64,000 nt of DNA from Candidatus Paceibacter sp. (GTDB taxonomy: Bacteria > Patescibacteriota > Patescibacteriia > Magasanikbacterales > UBA922), in assembly GCA_020725175.1 (NCBI GenBank), contig DYFM01000007.1, forward strand, positions 1,054-65,053. The letters run 5' to 3'. Position numbers and translations under genes: made by a program. Below the pieces are notes generated by a model that saw nothing but the letters and a program-made list of their open reading frames with translations, had not been told where the DNA came from and did not search any database. This document shows positions 50,065 through 58,253 of the stretch, piece by piece. Numbering within the stretch: position 1 is the first letter of the stretch; each line of letters opens with the position of its first letter.

Positions 50065-50637
50065 ATGTTTCTCGAGCTACTTGAAATGTATCGGTATCCA
50101 ATTTTATTTATTGGAATGTTGTTTGGCGGCGAAACGTTTTTTGTACCGGCCATCTTTTTATCATTTACCAACGTATTATCGTTGCCGGCGGTCATCGGGA
50201 TAGCACTTCTCGCAACAGTCATTTCTGATTCCGTTTGGTATTATATCGGTATGAAAATACCGGTTGACACAATGCAAACAAAAAAATGGTATCAAAAAAA
50301 TCGTGAAGCGTTTGAAAAAGGGGGAAAATTATTCGATCATCATGGTCCGGTGGTTATTGTCGCTTCAAAATTTGTCTATGGCACCCGTATTGCTGCCCAA
50401 GTGCTAGCCGGAATGAGACGAATGGGATATTGGCGCTATTTATTCGTTAATATATTAGCCATATTGCTTTTGCAAGCGGTGATTGTTCTCATGGCGTATG
50501 TTGTAAAAGGTAGTGTTGAGCAGGTGGCTGATATCTGGAGAGCAACGGAACTTGCCTTTCTGGTTTTTGTGATTATTCTTGTACTATTACATCTATGGGT
50601 AAAGAAATATGTCGACAAGAGATGGTTTCGGCAATAG
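50065..50637 (+). CDS. DedA family membrane protein
   Basis: GE.F, SD.VWY.IG, KFVYGTR. Confidence 0.85.
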   Translation: MFLELLEMYRYPILFIGMLFGGETFFVPAIFLSFTNVLSLPAVIGIALLATVISDSVWYYIGMKIPVDTMQTKKWYQKNREAFEKGGKLFDHHGPVVIVASKFVYGTRIAAQVLAGMRRMGYWRYLFVNILAILLLQAVIVLMAYVVKGSVEQVADIWRATELAFLVFVIILVLLHLWVKKYVDKRWFRQ

Positions 50638-51371
50638 TGCCAGCCTGGAACGAGGCGGCATATATTGGCGCTGTATTATCGGTTCTCTGTTCTCATCCTC
50701 AGATAGATGAGGTGATTGTGGTAGATGATGGATCTACGGATGACACGGTAAGTCAAGCTCAGCGATTTCCGGTTCAACTTATTACATTGCAGAAAAATTA
50801 CGGAAAAGCAAAAGCTATGGATGTGGGAATACGAACTGCTAAGAATAATATTGTTTTGTTTTGTGACGCGGATATTACAGGGTTACATGATAAGATTGTT
50901 TCCACCATGATCAATCCGGTGTTAGAAGGAAGTGTTGATATGTATATAGCCTTAATAGATCAGTGGAGCTATAGACTCAATCAGTGGTTTCATATCTTTC
51001 CCTTGATAGGCGGTGAGCGTGTTCTTCGAAAATCTGTTTGGTTTGATGTACCGGATCCATACAAAAAGAATTTTCAAATTGAAATTGCTCTCAACTATTT
51101 TAGTAAAATTCACGGAAGACGAATGAGTTTTTCTTTGGAAACATTATCTCATGTACGAAAAGAAAAAAAATACGGATGGGTTGTTGGTTCCATCCGGCGA
51201 ATTGGTATGATGTATGATATCGTAGCGATTAGTGTTCGGCTATATGTATTGTATACACTGTATGAATATTTGCGATACAGTAGAACATTGTTTCAAGGAA
51301 GGTACAGTAAATACAAACTGTTGTTTAAGCGTGCAAAAACAAATATAGTCATCCCGTTTAAGGACCGGTAA
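50622..51371 (+). CDS. Glycosyltransferase family 2
   Basis: IVPAWNE, VVDDGSTD, DAD. Confidence 0.9.
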   Translation: MVSAIVPAWNEAAYIGAVLSVLCSHPQIDEVIVVDDGSTDDTVSQAQRFPVQLITLQKNYGKAKAMDVGIRTAKNNIVLFCDADITGLHDKIVSTMINPVLEGSVDMYIALIDQWSYRLNQWFHIFPLIGGERVLRKSVWFDVPDPYKKNFQIEIALNYFSKIHGRRMSFSLETLSHVRKEKKYGWVVGSIRRIGMMYDIVAISVRLYVLYTLYEYLRYSRTLFQGRYSKYKLLFKRAKTNIVIPFKDR

Positions 51372-52242
51372 TTAATGCAACGATGACACCTTCCCAAGAA
51401 TAGCCTTGTTGAACCGCTTTTTTTATTCCAGCTACCGACAGGGCACTGGTATATGAAATTGATAGTCCGGTCGTTTGTTTTACGAGTGTCTGAGCCGATT
51501 GTATTTCATCATTGGAAATAACCCAGCCACTACCATGCGTTTGCTCAATCGTTTGTATTACGGCTATTTTCCGGTGCGCGACATTGTCTACTATTGCTCC
51601 GGCTAGTGAGGTTTCCTCGGTGGTATAGTTTGGGTCAAAATGTTTGGCAATGGCATGACAAACTGTTGTCTGAACGATGTGAACTTGGATGTCTCTGTCT
51701 AATTCCTGAAACGTGTGAGCGAGTGCGAGAGCAGTGGTACCGGATGATGTAGGAATAAAAACTGCCGAGAGGTTGGGGAGTTTTGCAATCTCATTTCCTA
51801 GTTCTTTATATCCGATCAAGGCAAGATCATCGGTTGACTGTCGAAGGTTTACTACTCCTTCTTTTTTTTCTTCCAAAAAAGCTGCTTGTTTTGGTCGTTC
51901 GGTCTGAATAATGGTGATACTGGGATATTGTTTGGCTTTTTGGGTGAGATCTTGGTACTTATTAGGATCAATTCGACTGCCTATGTAAATCGTAAGTTGA
52001 ATAGGGGCCTTCGCATTATTTTGATAATATTTCTCTACAAACGTAGCGGCTGCCCTGGCGGCGTTTCCGGATGAGGAGATAACAAAGTGATGGATACCTT
52101 GTTTGATGTATTCTTTCATCATAAGAGGGATTGACCGTCCTTTGTGCGAACCATAAGGGTGTAAGTCTTCCCGCTTGAGGTATAGTTCTTTTATACCAAG
52201 TGCTTCGGCTAGCTTTGGATATGGTTGTTGGGGGGTCTTCAT
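51358..52242 (-). CDS. PLP-dependent fold-type II enzyme (threonine synthase/dehydratase-like)
   Basis: KREDLHPYGSHKGR (PLP lysine), SSSGNAA, PTSSGTT. Confidence 0.85.
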   Translation of the reverse strand: MKTPQQPYPKLAEALGIKELYLKREDLHPYGSHKGRSIPLMMKEYIKQGIHHFVISSSGNAARAAATFVEKYYQNNAKAPIQLTIYIGSRIDPNKYQDLTQKAKQYPSITIIQTERPKQAAFLEEKKEGVVNLRQSTDDLALIGYKELGNEIAKLPNLSAVFIPTSSGTTALALAHTFQELDRDIQVHIVQTTVCHAIAKHFDPNYTTEETSLAGAIVDNVAHRKIAVIQTIEQTHGSGWVISNDEIQSAQTLVKQTTGLSISYTSALSVAGIKKAVQQGYSWEGVIVALITGP

Positions 52243-52256
52243 AATTTCACAATAAT

Positions 52257-52370
52257 GTATCATCCGAATTTACGAAGGTATTCGAGTCTACAAATCTACG
52301 AATATAACCAATACGCTATAGAATCTTCAGCCAATTCGTATTATTCGAAGATTTGTAGATTCGGATGTGC
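52257..52370. repeat. Periodic hairpin element family C, inverted relative to the 49105 copy
   Basis: GTATCATCCGAATTTACGAA is the reverse complement (19/20) of 49230-49249. Confidence 0.8.
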
Positions 52371-52435
52371 CTACTCTTGATTTATCTTATATGTTCTGAT
52401 ATCCTACTACAATCGTATTCTTAAATCAAGAACGT

Positions 52436-52597
52436 ATGAAATTAGTATGTTTGGAATGTAAAAATGATATTGAGCTAAGAGAGGATCAAGCGAAGCCGGA
52501 GCAGGTGGTGGAATGTGCTATGTGTGGGATTACTTTGTTAATTACTGCGGTGGACAAAGAGGTTGTTGAAGCGGAAATTTTGGATGAAGGAAAGTAG
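52436..52597 (+). CDS. LysW-like small zinc-ribbon carrier protein, 53 aa (absent from the ORF track)
   Basis: MKLVCLECKNDIELREDQAKPEQVVECAMCGITLLITAVDKEVVEAEILDEGK; two CxxC and an acidic tail. Confidence 0.8.
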   Translation: MKLVCLECKNDIELREDQAKPEQVVECAMCGITLLITAVDKEVVEAEILDEGK

Positions 52598-52623
52598 TTG
52601 AAGTTAGTTTGATAAATTCGAAT

Positions 52624-52655
52624 CGCATAGTCTGAATATGGCTATGCGTTTTTTT
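52624..52655 (+). terminator. Intrinsic terminator after the LysW-like gene
   Basis: CGCATAGTC...GGCTATGCG followed by a T-run. Confidence 0.7.
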
Positions 52656-52665
52656 GTTTTTGAGT

Positions 52666-52753
52666 CCACCCCCACCCCCACCCAAGGCGGGTAAACAAGG
52701 CGGGTAAACAAGGCAGACAGGTAAGGCGGGCACGTGCGGCAGGGAAATTCATT
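52666..52753 (+). repeat. Compound tandem repeat element, copy 2
   Basis: (CCACCC)x3, four 13-mers of CAAGGCGGGTAAA type, tail TGCGGCAGGGAAATTCATT. Confidence 0.9.
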
Positions 52754-52755
52754 GT

Positions 52756-52851
52756 GTTGAGGACAGCGGAAGAAGCGGAATCTAAACGGAATTGAACTGA
52801 AAAAGTATTACAACATCTCCGCCTGATTTTTGCTTTTTCTGCTGATTCAAC
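52756..52851. repeat. Periodic hairpin element family B
   Basis: GTTGAGGACAGCGGAAGAAGCGGAA...GCTGATTCAAC. Confidence 0.7.
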
Positions 52852-52877
52852 TATCAATCTACGTGAAGAATGTTTTA

Positions 52878-53483
52878 CTACTTTTTACATCGTTTCAGCT
52901 CGGAAAGTCTGGTTGGTTGAATTCCTTTTTGGGTATTTTCTTGGTTGGTGTAATATTCTGATGGTGAAAATGTATAACAACCAACTCTCAGCCAAGTTTG
53001 CCCGGCATCTTTTGTTTCATAGCGCACGAGAGCAGGTGGTTCTTTTTTGGGAAACTGTTCTTTGAGATCAATAAAAATCGATCCGGTTTCATCCGTATAC
53101 ATTCCCACCGGAATAAATGGCTTGGAGAGTTTTTTGGGAAGAGTTAGTTTGGAAGTGTCGAGAAATGGTTCCCATGATTTACCACGGGTAGTACTGAGAT
53201 ATACTGTGCTATTATTGTCTGTTGATGTAGAAAAAGCAAATAAAAACAAAGCTCGATTTAGTTCATAGGTTGAATCAACGTCTTGAGGTGGTACATTTTT
53301 TGGGTATAATCGCTCCGGAAAATTGACAAAATATTGAATTTGTTGTTTGAGTGGAGCGATGGTTTCAGGGGCGAGTGATTCTCGTTCTTTGGGGATTGGT
53401 TTTGTTGTTATTTTTGAGGATGATAAAGAACAGCCTGATATTAGGAGTAGGGATGTGATTAATATTACTAATTTTTTATGCAT
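52878..53483 (-). CDS. Putative lipoprotein with BNR/Asp-box-like motifs
   Basis: ISGC lipobox; STTRGKSW, TKDAGQTW. Confidence 0.7.
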   Translation of the reverse strand: MHKKLVILITSLLLISGCSLSSSKITTKPIPKERESLAPETIAPLKQQIQYFVNFPERLYPKNVPPQDVDSTYELNRALFLFAFSTSTDNNSTVYLSTTRGKSWEPFLDTSKLTLPKKLSKPFIPVGMYTDETGSIFIDLKEQFPKKEPPALVRYETKDAGQTWLRVGCYTFSPSEYYTNQENTQKGIQPTRLSELKRCKK

Positions 53484-53490
53484 ATTGTTA

Positions 53491-53590
53491 ATAGACCGCG
53501 GATTTAACGGATGAAACGAATTTTTACTGATCTGTTATTATCCGTTCAATCGGTTTAATCCCCACCCAAGGCGGGCAGGCGTGTTCCTAT
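53491..53590. repeat. ~98 bp gene-less family A element, inverted relative to the 44959 copy
   Basis: ATAGACCGCGGATTTAACGGATGAAACG...AATCCCCACCCAAGGCGGGCAGGCGTGTTCCTAT. Confidence 0.85.
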
Positions 53591-53603
53591 TATCTTTTAT
53601 ATG

Positions 53604-54167
53604 TTATTCAAAAAGCATTTTCTTAAATCCCTCAAACTTTTCCGGAAACAAAAACCGCATGCGCAGTAACTCAAACGCAAATTGTTTTTCTACAAAATCA
53701 TCGGATGCTGCAATATTAAGAAATTCATCAAACGTGAGTGCGAGAGGAACAATTTTTTCGCCGGAGTCTTGATTTGGCGCACTTACTTGTTGACAGTCTC
53801 TAGCAATATAGGTGTAGACGGTAAAATCCATTTTGTCAGATGGTTCGTACGTAGAAAAAAGCGTGAGAGATTGTGGAACAAAGCCGGTTTCTTCTTTGAG
53901 TTCACGAAGCGCGCATTCTTCTGGCGTTTCGTTTTCTTTATCTTGTCGGCCACCAAAAAATCCATAAAATTCTTTTGTTTTGACTCCAGATTGCTGCTCT
54001 TTTGCTATGATAATATTGTTTCCTTGTGTTGCTAGAACGCGAATGGAGTTTACGCGCTTCAACATTTCAAATGTTGCCGTCGAGCCGTCAAATAGTTCTT
54101 GCTCCCATTGGTAAGTATCATAAATGATTCCTTGAAAAACTCGTTTTGCATGGGGAGGGAGTTGCAT
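53604..54167 (-). CDS. NUDIX hydrolase (ADP-ribose pyrophosphatase-like)
   Basis: GGRQDKENETPEECALRELKEETG. Confidence 0.88.
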   Translation of the reverse strand: MQLPPHAKRVFQGIIYDTYQWEQELFDGSTATFEMLKRVNSIRVLATQGNNIIIAKEQQSGVKTKEFYGFFGGRQDKENETPEECALRELKEETGFVPQSLTLFSTYEPSDKMDFTVYTYIARDCQQVSAPNQDSGEKIVPLALTFDEFLNIAASDDFVEKQFAFELLRMRFLFPEKFEGFKKMLFE

Positions 54168-54168
54168 A

Positions 54169-54747
54169 TTATATCATTTTCTTTGGTAAAACAAGAATGT
54201 AAACAATGCTGAGTAGGCAGAGTGTTGCCATAACAAGAAACAATGTAGAAAAACCGGCGTTGGTGGCAATAAAACCGCCGATAAGGGCACCGACTGCCAG
54301 AGTAAAATAATTCATTGCTTCCCATGCCCCCCACTCTTTTCCTTCGCTGTGACCATCGAGATGTTTGGAGTATAATGCATCAAAAGCCGGAGAAGCAATC
54401 GCTTCACCAAGACCAATAAGTATCTGAACAAGTAGGAGTTGCCAGATAGAATCAACGAGCGTGTAGAGAAAAAATGATATACCGATAAACAGATACCCAA
54501 CCACCAGAATATATGCCGGTCGTTTTACCTGATCAACTGCTCGTCCGGTGAGTAGGACCGTAATTCCGGCGACAATAGCGAGTGTGGCTCCAGCAAGACT
54601 TGCATCTAGCAGACTTCCGCCTACTTGTTCTACAAACAGGGCATAAATTGGTCCAAGCATGGCAGCGGAAAGACGAACAAGCGCGTTTGTCAAAAGTAAC
54701 GTCTTGATGGCACGGTTGAAGTGCTTTTTTCGATGGAGGAGGAGCAT
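54169..54747 (-). CDS. Half-size (about 6 TM) MFS-like protein
   Basis: MFS motif A-like G..VD..KR; 192 aa. Confidence 0.75.
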   Translation of the reverse strand: MLLLHRKKHFNRAIKTLLLTNALVRLSAAMLGPIYALFVEQVGGSLLDASLAGATLAIVAGITVLLTGRAVDQVKRPAYILVVGYLFIGISFFLYTLVDSIWQLLLVQILIGLGEAIASPAFDALYSKHLDGHSEGKEWGAWEAMNYFTLAVGALIGGFIATNAGFSTLFLVMATLCLLSIVYILVLPKKMI

Positions 54748-54849
54748 AAAACGAAAACGTATAAAACTTCTAAAACGTATAAAATAGTGAAAAGAGAAAT
54801 TTGAGAGTTATATCGATGCGAAAAATTGATTTGATCTTGGTATTGAACC

Positions 54850-56259
54850 TCATGACAAACTCGTCACCACGTCTTCAATCATTCCACGGAATCCGTGGGA
54901 ACCTAAGAACACAATCACATCACCAACTTCAGCGCGAGACAGAAGGTGGTCGATGAGCTGTTCATCGTTTTCAATATGTGTGACAGCCGGATGAGTTTTG
55001 GCAATGACTTCTGCCAGCTCCGGACCTTGTACTGGTTGTTCCGGATCTTTCACGTCGATTTTTACTTGAGTCAAACGCGGAATGATGACTTCAGTAGCGT
55101 CAACAAAGGCTTTGTCATAGCCCGGAAATGAGGCCGGCTTTCGATTGCCGGTGTTTGGTTCAAAAACAGCTAAGATTTTTCCCTTGTACACCGAGCGAAG
55201 CGTTGAGAGAATCGATTTTACTTTTTCCGGAGAATGCGCAATGTCGTCAATGACGGTAATGTCTCCGGTAAAGCGTTTTTCCAAGCGTCGTTTTGTGCCT
55301 CTGAATGTTTGGATTGCTTGAATAATTGTTTCGGGATCAATGCCGGCTTCATGTGCAAGCGCAAAACATCCGGTAATATTTTTTGCATTATATTCTCCAA
55401 GCAATGATGTTTCAATGTGGTGTGTTTGGTCAAGATGAAAAATATCAAATGATGATCCATGTTCATGTGTGGAAAAATCACGATATTCATATTCATTATC
55501 AAAACCCGAGCCATAGTGAATAATTGGGCACTTGGCGGCTTTTTCAATATCAATTCCAATTGGAGAATCTGAAGGGATGTCGTCTGAGAGAACGAGAAGA
55601 CCGTTTGTTGGAAGTGAGCCTACTAGGTCGATAAACGCCTGTTGATAGCTCTTCTCTGTTGGGTAGACATCGGCATGATCCCATTTGATGGCACTGAGGA
55701 GAAGGTGAGTGGGTTTGTAATGAAAAAATTTGGCTTTTGGGTCCCAGCGAGCGCTTTTGTATTCATCACCTTCTACGATTGATATGGTGGAGTCGGAAAG
55801 CGCTGCTGCCGGCAATCCATTTGCGCTGAGACCGCCAAACATATATGATGGGTCTTTTTTTGCTTGCGTAAAAATCCAACTGAGAAGCGTGGTGTTACTG
55901 GTTTTACCATAGGTTCCGGTACAGACGATGGATTGCTGTTTGATGAGGTATTGTTCTATGAGTTCGGGGTAGGAGACATACGGAAGTTTATTGACTTCTA
56001 CATACTTCCACTCTGGATTTGTTGACCCGGCCACGTTTCCGACTACCACTACATCGGGTGCGCCACCCTCAATCATTTTTTCCGGATGCCAGCCGGGGTA
56101 GTAGTTTATGCCGGCTTCTTTGAGGTGAGTAGAAATTGGTGGATAAAACCCAACATCACTGCCGGTGACTCGCCAGCCTTTTTTGTGGAAAGCTATAGCA
56201 AGCGCGCTCATAGCGACACCACAGATGCCGATGAAGTGGATGTGTTTTGGTGGAATCAT
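54850..56259 (-). CDS. Mur ligase family protein (Mpl/MurC-like)
   Basis: HFIGICGVAMS, GTYGKTS, VEGDEY, DHAD, DDIAHSP. Confidence 0.9.
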   Translation of the reverse strand: MIPPKHIHFIGICGVAMSALAIAFHKKGWRVTGSDVGFYPPISTHLKEAGINYYPGWHPEKMIEGGAPDVVVVGNVAGSTNPEWKYVEVNKLPYVSYPELIEQYLIKQQSIVCTGTYGKTSNTTLLSWIFTQAKKDPSYMFGGLSANGLPAAALSDSTISIVEGDEYKSARWDPKAKFFHYKPTHLLLSAIKWDHADVYPTEKSYQQAFIDLVGSLPTNGLLVLSDDIPSDSPIGIDIEKAAKCPIIHYGSGFDNEYEYRDFSTHEHGSSFDIFHLDQTHHIETSLLGEYNAKNITGCFALAHEAGIDPETIIQAIQTFRGTKRRLEKRFTGDITVIDDIAHSPEKVKSILSTLRSVYKGKILAVFEPNTGNRKPASFPGYDKAFVDATEVIIPRLTQVKIDVKDPEQPVQGPELAEVIAKTHPAVTHIENDEQLIDHLLSRAEVGDVIVFLGSHGFRGMIEDVVTSLS

Positions 56260-56305
56260 ACATCTAAAATTCTAACTCCTAAATCTTAAATCTTCATTCA
56301 GAATA

Positions 56306-57427
56306 TTATTTGCTATTGCCATATTTTTTAATTGTGACTACTAAAAGTATTACACCCCTGAAAAACCATTCAATTGGCTTTAGAAAAAAATAGCAGATTA
56401 CGGCTCGAATCGGATGCTTGTTAATCTGACTAGCAATTTTTGGTCCAATGATGTCGTAGAGTCTGCGAAACTGAGTATGAGATCTCGGAAATGTATTTTT
56501 CCAAAGAAATTCAAAGGACTTCATATATAGGAGTTGGGTTGGAATTTTTTCATTGCTGTCTAGTAATTGCGTATGAGAAATATAACGTTGATTTGTACGA
56601 CAGGTGGCAGTAACAATAAAGCAGTCTGATTTTTGTTCAGGCAACGAATTGTACATATTCTCTGCCCAAATAATCGCGGCCAGAACAAATGGTGCGTGGA
56701 TAAGACTGTCTACTGTTAGTACTTTTTTTGTAGGTATTTCACTTTTGTTCAGCTTATTGGCACTATGTGCATACCAGGCAATAACAAGTCCGGGGGATAT
56801 CATTGCAGCTATCATGAAAATAGAACCATTGATAAGAGCGATTATTTCAATGATATTATTTCCGCTATATGACACATATGCGAAATTACTAAATATAAGA
56901 ATAAGAATTGTCGCAATAAAAATTAGGACGCCCAAAAAAATACTTACTTGAAGCCAGTTTATTCGAATTTTATCTTTTATACCAATTGTTTTATTATCTT
57001 GCCATCTAATTAATTGTCTTATGAAAAAGTATGGAAGAAGATTAAAGAGGCATACAAGAAAGATATACCAAACAGAGCCATTGTCAGGATTAGTTAGAAG
57101 GAAGAGAAGAGACATGCCTGCGGTAATGGCTCCAGCATAGAGGCCAAAGACACGAATTTTTTTGAATTTGTCTTCATGAATTACTACAACATTGGTAAAA
57201 AAGAAACTGATGGTTGCCCACAGCACAACAGGTATAAATACTAATTTCGTGTATAAAAGCAGAGAGAGCCAATTATAATCAGCAGCTTCTTTTGATTCTG
57301 GTGCTAAAGCTCCGGAAAAGCAAAAAACATAAACCGGTAATAATATCCCTGTGAAGAAAATAATAAATCTAACAGCAATTTTCTTTAGTAGTGGCTTGTT
57401 TGTACTTAATATGGGCATAATTTCCAT
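56306..57427 (-). CDS. Polytopic membrane protein with C-terminal CFI-box-like domain
   Basis: Multiple TMs, then CFIVTA...YDIIGPKIA...LKP; AT-rich. Confidence 0.65.
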   Translation of the reverse strand: MEIMPILSTNKPLLKKIAVRFIIFFTGILLPVYVFCFSGALAPESKEAADYNWLSLLLYTKLVFIPVVLWATISFFFTNVVVIHEDKFKKIRVFGLYAGAITAGMSLLFLLTNPDNGSVWYIFLVCLFNLLPYFFIRQLIRWQDNKTIGIKDKIRINWLQVSIFLGVLIFIATILILIFSNFAYVSYSGNNIIEIIALINGSIFMIAAMISPGLVIAWYAHSANKLNKSEIPTKKVLTVDSLIHAPFVLAAIIWAENMYNSLPEQKSDCFIVTATCRTNQRYISHTQLLDSNEKIPTQLLYMKSFEFLWKNTFPRSHTQFRRLYDIIGPKIASQINKHPIRAVICYFFLKPIEWFFRGVILLVVTIKKYGNSK

Positions 57428-57467
57428 TATTACGTTGACATAAAGTATGATTGAGGAATTACTGTCA

Positions 57468-58169
57468 TCACTTCTGTGGTGTTTTTTTATATATATCCCT
57501 CAATTTTTCAACATCACCACTCCACCTCTCCCCATCAAACCACTCCAACCCAACAAACTGCAACTTATACACATCACTCGGTCGTTGAAATGAACCAAGG
57601 TAAATGTATTTTTTACTATGCTCTTTTGCATAGATAATCGCCCGAAGCATCATGCCCATACCAAAATTGGAAACATTGACAGAGAGATCGTAGAATGGGT
57701 AACTGTAATGAATGAGTTCGTTTGTTTCGAGTGTTATACAATAACCAACAACACAACTCCCAATTTCCAATTTCAAATTTCCAATTTCATTATGTTCATT
57801 CACCGCATACACAAATAACCGATTAAAGTTACCCTCTTCCGAAGTCAACAATTCCCGAACTTTATTCGCACTAAACGTCCCATCGCCAAATTTCTCAGTA
57901 TAAAAATCTTTCGCCATTTTTCCGATTGACCAGTGATAATTATCATAAGGAAGGTTGGCTAGAGAAAATTGTATTTCATCGGTTTTGCGTAAAACTCTGC
58001 GATTTTCACTCGATAAATTAAATTTTGAGAGATCAATTCGCAAACTTCTCGTCTGGTTCATCAATCCTTTTTTGATACGAGTAAAAACATAGCCGTTGTG
58101 GTAGGCATGGTTAATTGTGTTGTCGGAAAAGTCGGAGATGGTTTGTTCGTTCCAGGATAAATAGCTCAT
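57468..58169 (-). CDS. Arginyl/aminoacyl-tRNA-protein transferase-like GNAT protein
   Basis: RSLRIDL..F.LSSENRRVLRK, YPFYD, G.GMML.AI..AK...KYIYLG, YKLQF. Confidence 0.7.
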   Translation of the reverse strand: MSYLSWNEQTISDFSDNTINHAYHNGYVFTRIKKGLMNQTRSLRIDLSKFNLSSENRRVLRKTDEIQFSLANLPYDNYHWSIGKMAKDFYTEKFGDGTFSANKVRELLTSEEGNFNRLFVYAVNEHNEIGNLKLEIGSCVVGYCITLETNELIHYSYPFYDLSVNVSNFGMGMMLRAIIYAKEHSKKYIYLGSFQRPSDVYKLQFVGLEWFDGERWSGDVEKLRDIYKKTPQK

Positions 58170-58250
58170 AAGCAGAGTAAGCAGGTTAGGCAGAGTAAGC
58201 ACGTGTTTCATTGCTTATTCTGCTTACTCTGCTTACAACCCTACTCTGCC
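58169..58250. repeat. 9-bp periodic hairpin (TAAGCAGAG/CTCTGCTTA) filling the mraY-GNAT spacer
   Basis: Four units, a short loop, then mirrored units. Confidence 0.8.
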
Positions 58251-58253
58251 AAA

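Noticed and set aside
52436-52597. Trm112 activator for the Trm9-like enzyme
   Set aside because: Lacks the YPI.DGIP motif; the spacing and acidic tail fit LysW better.
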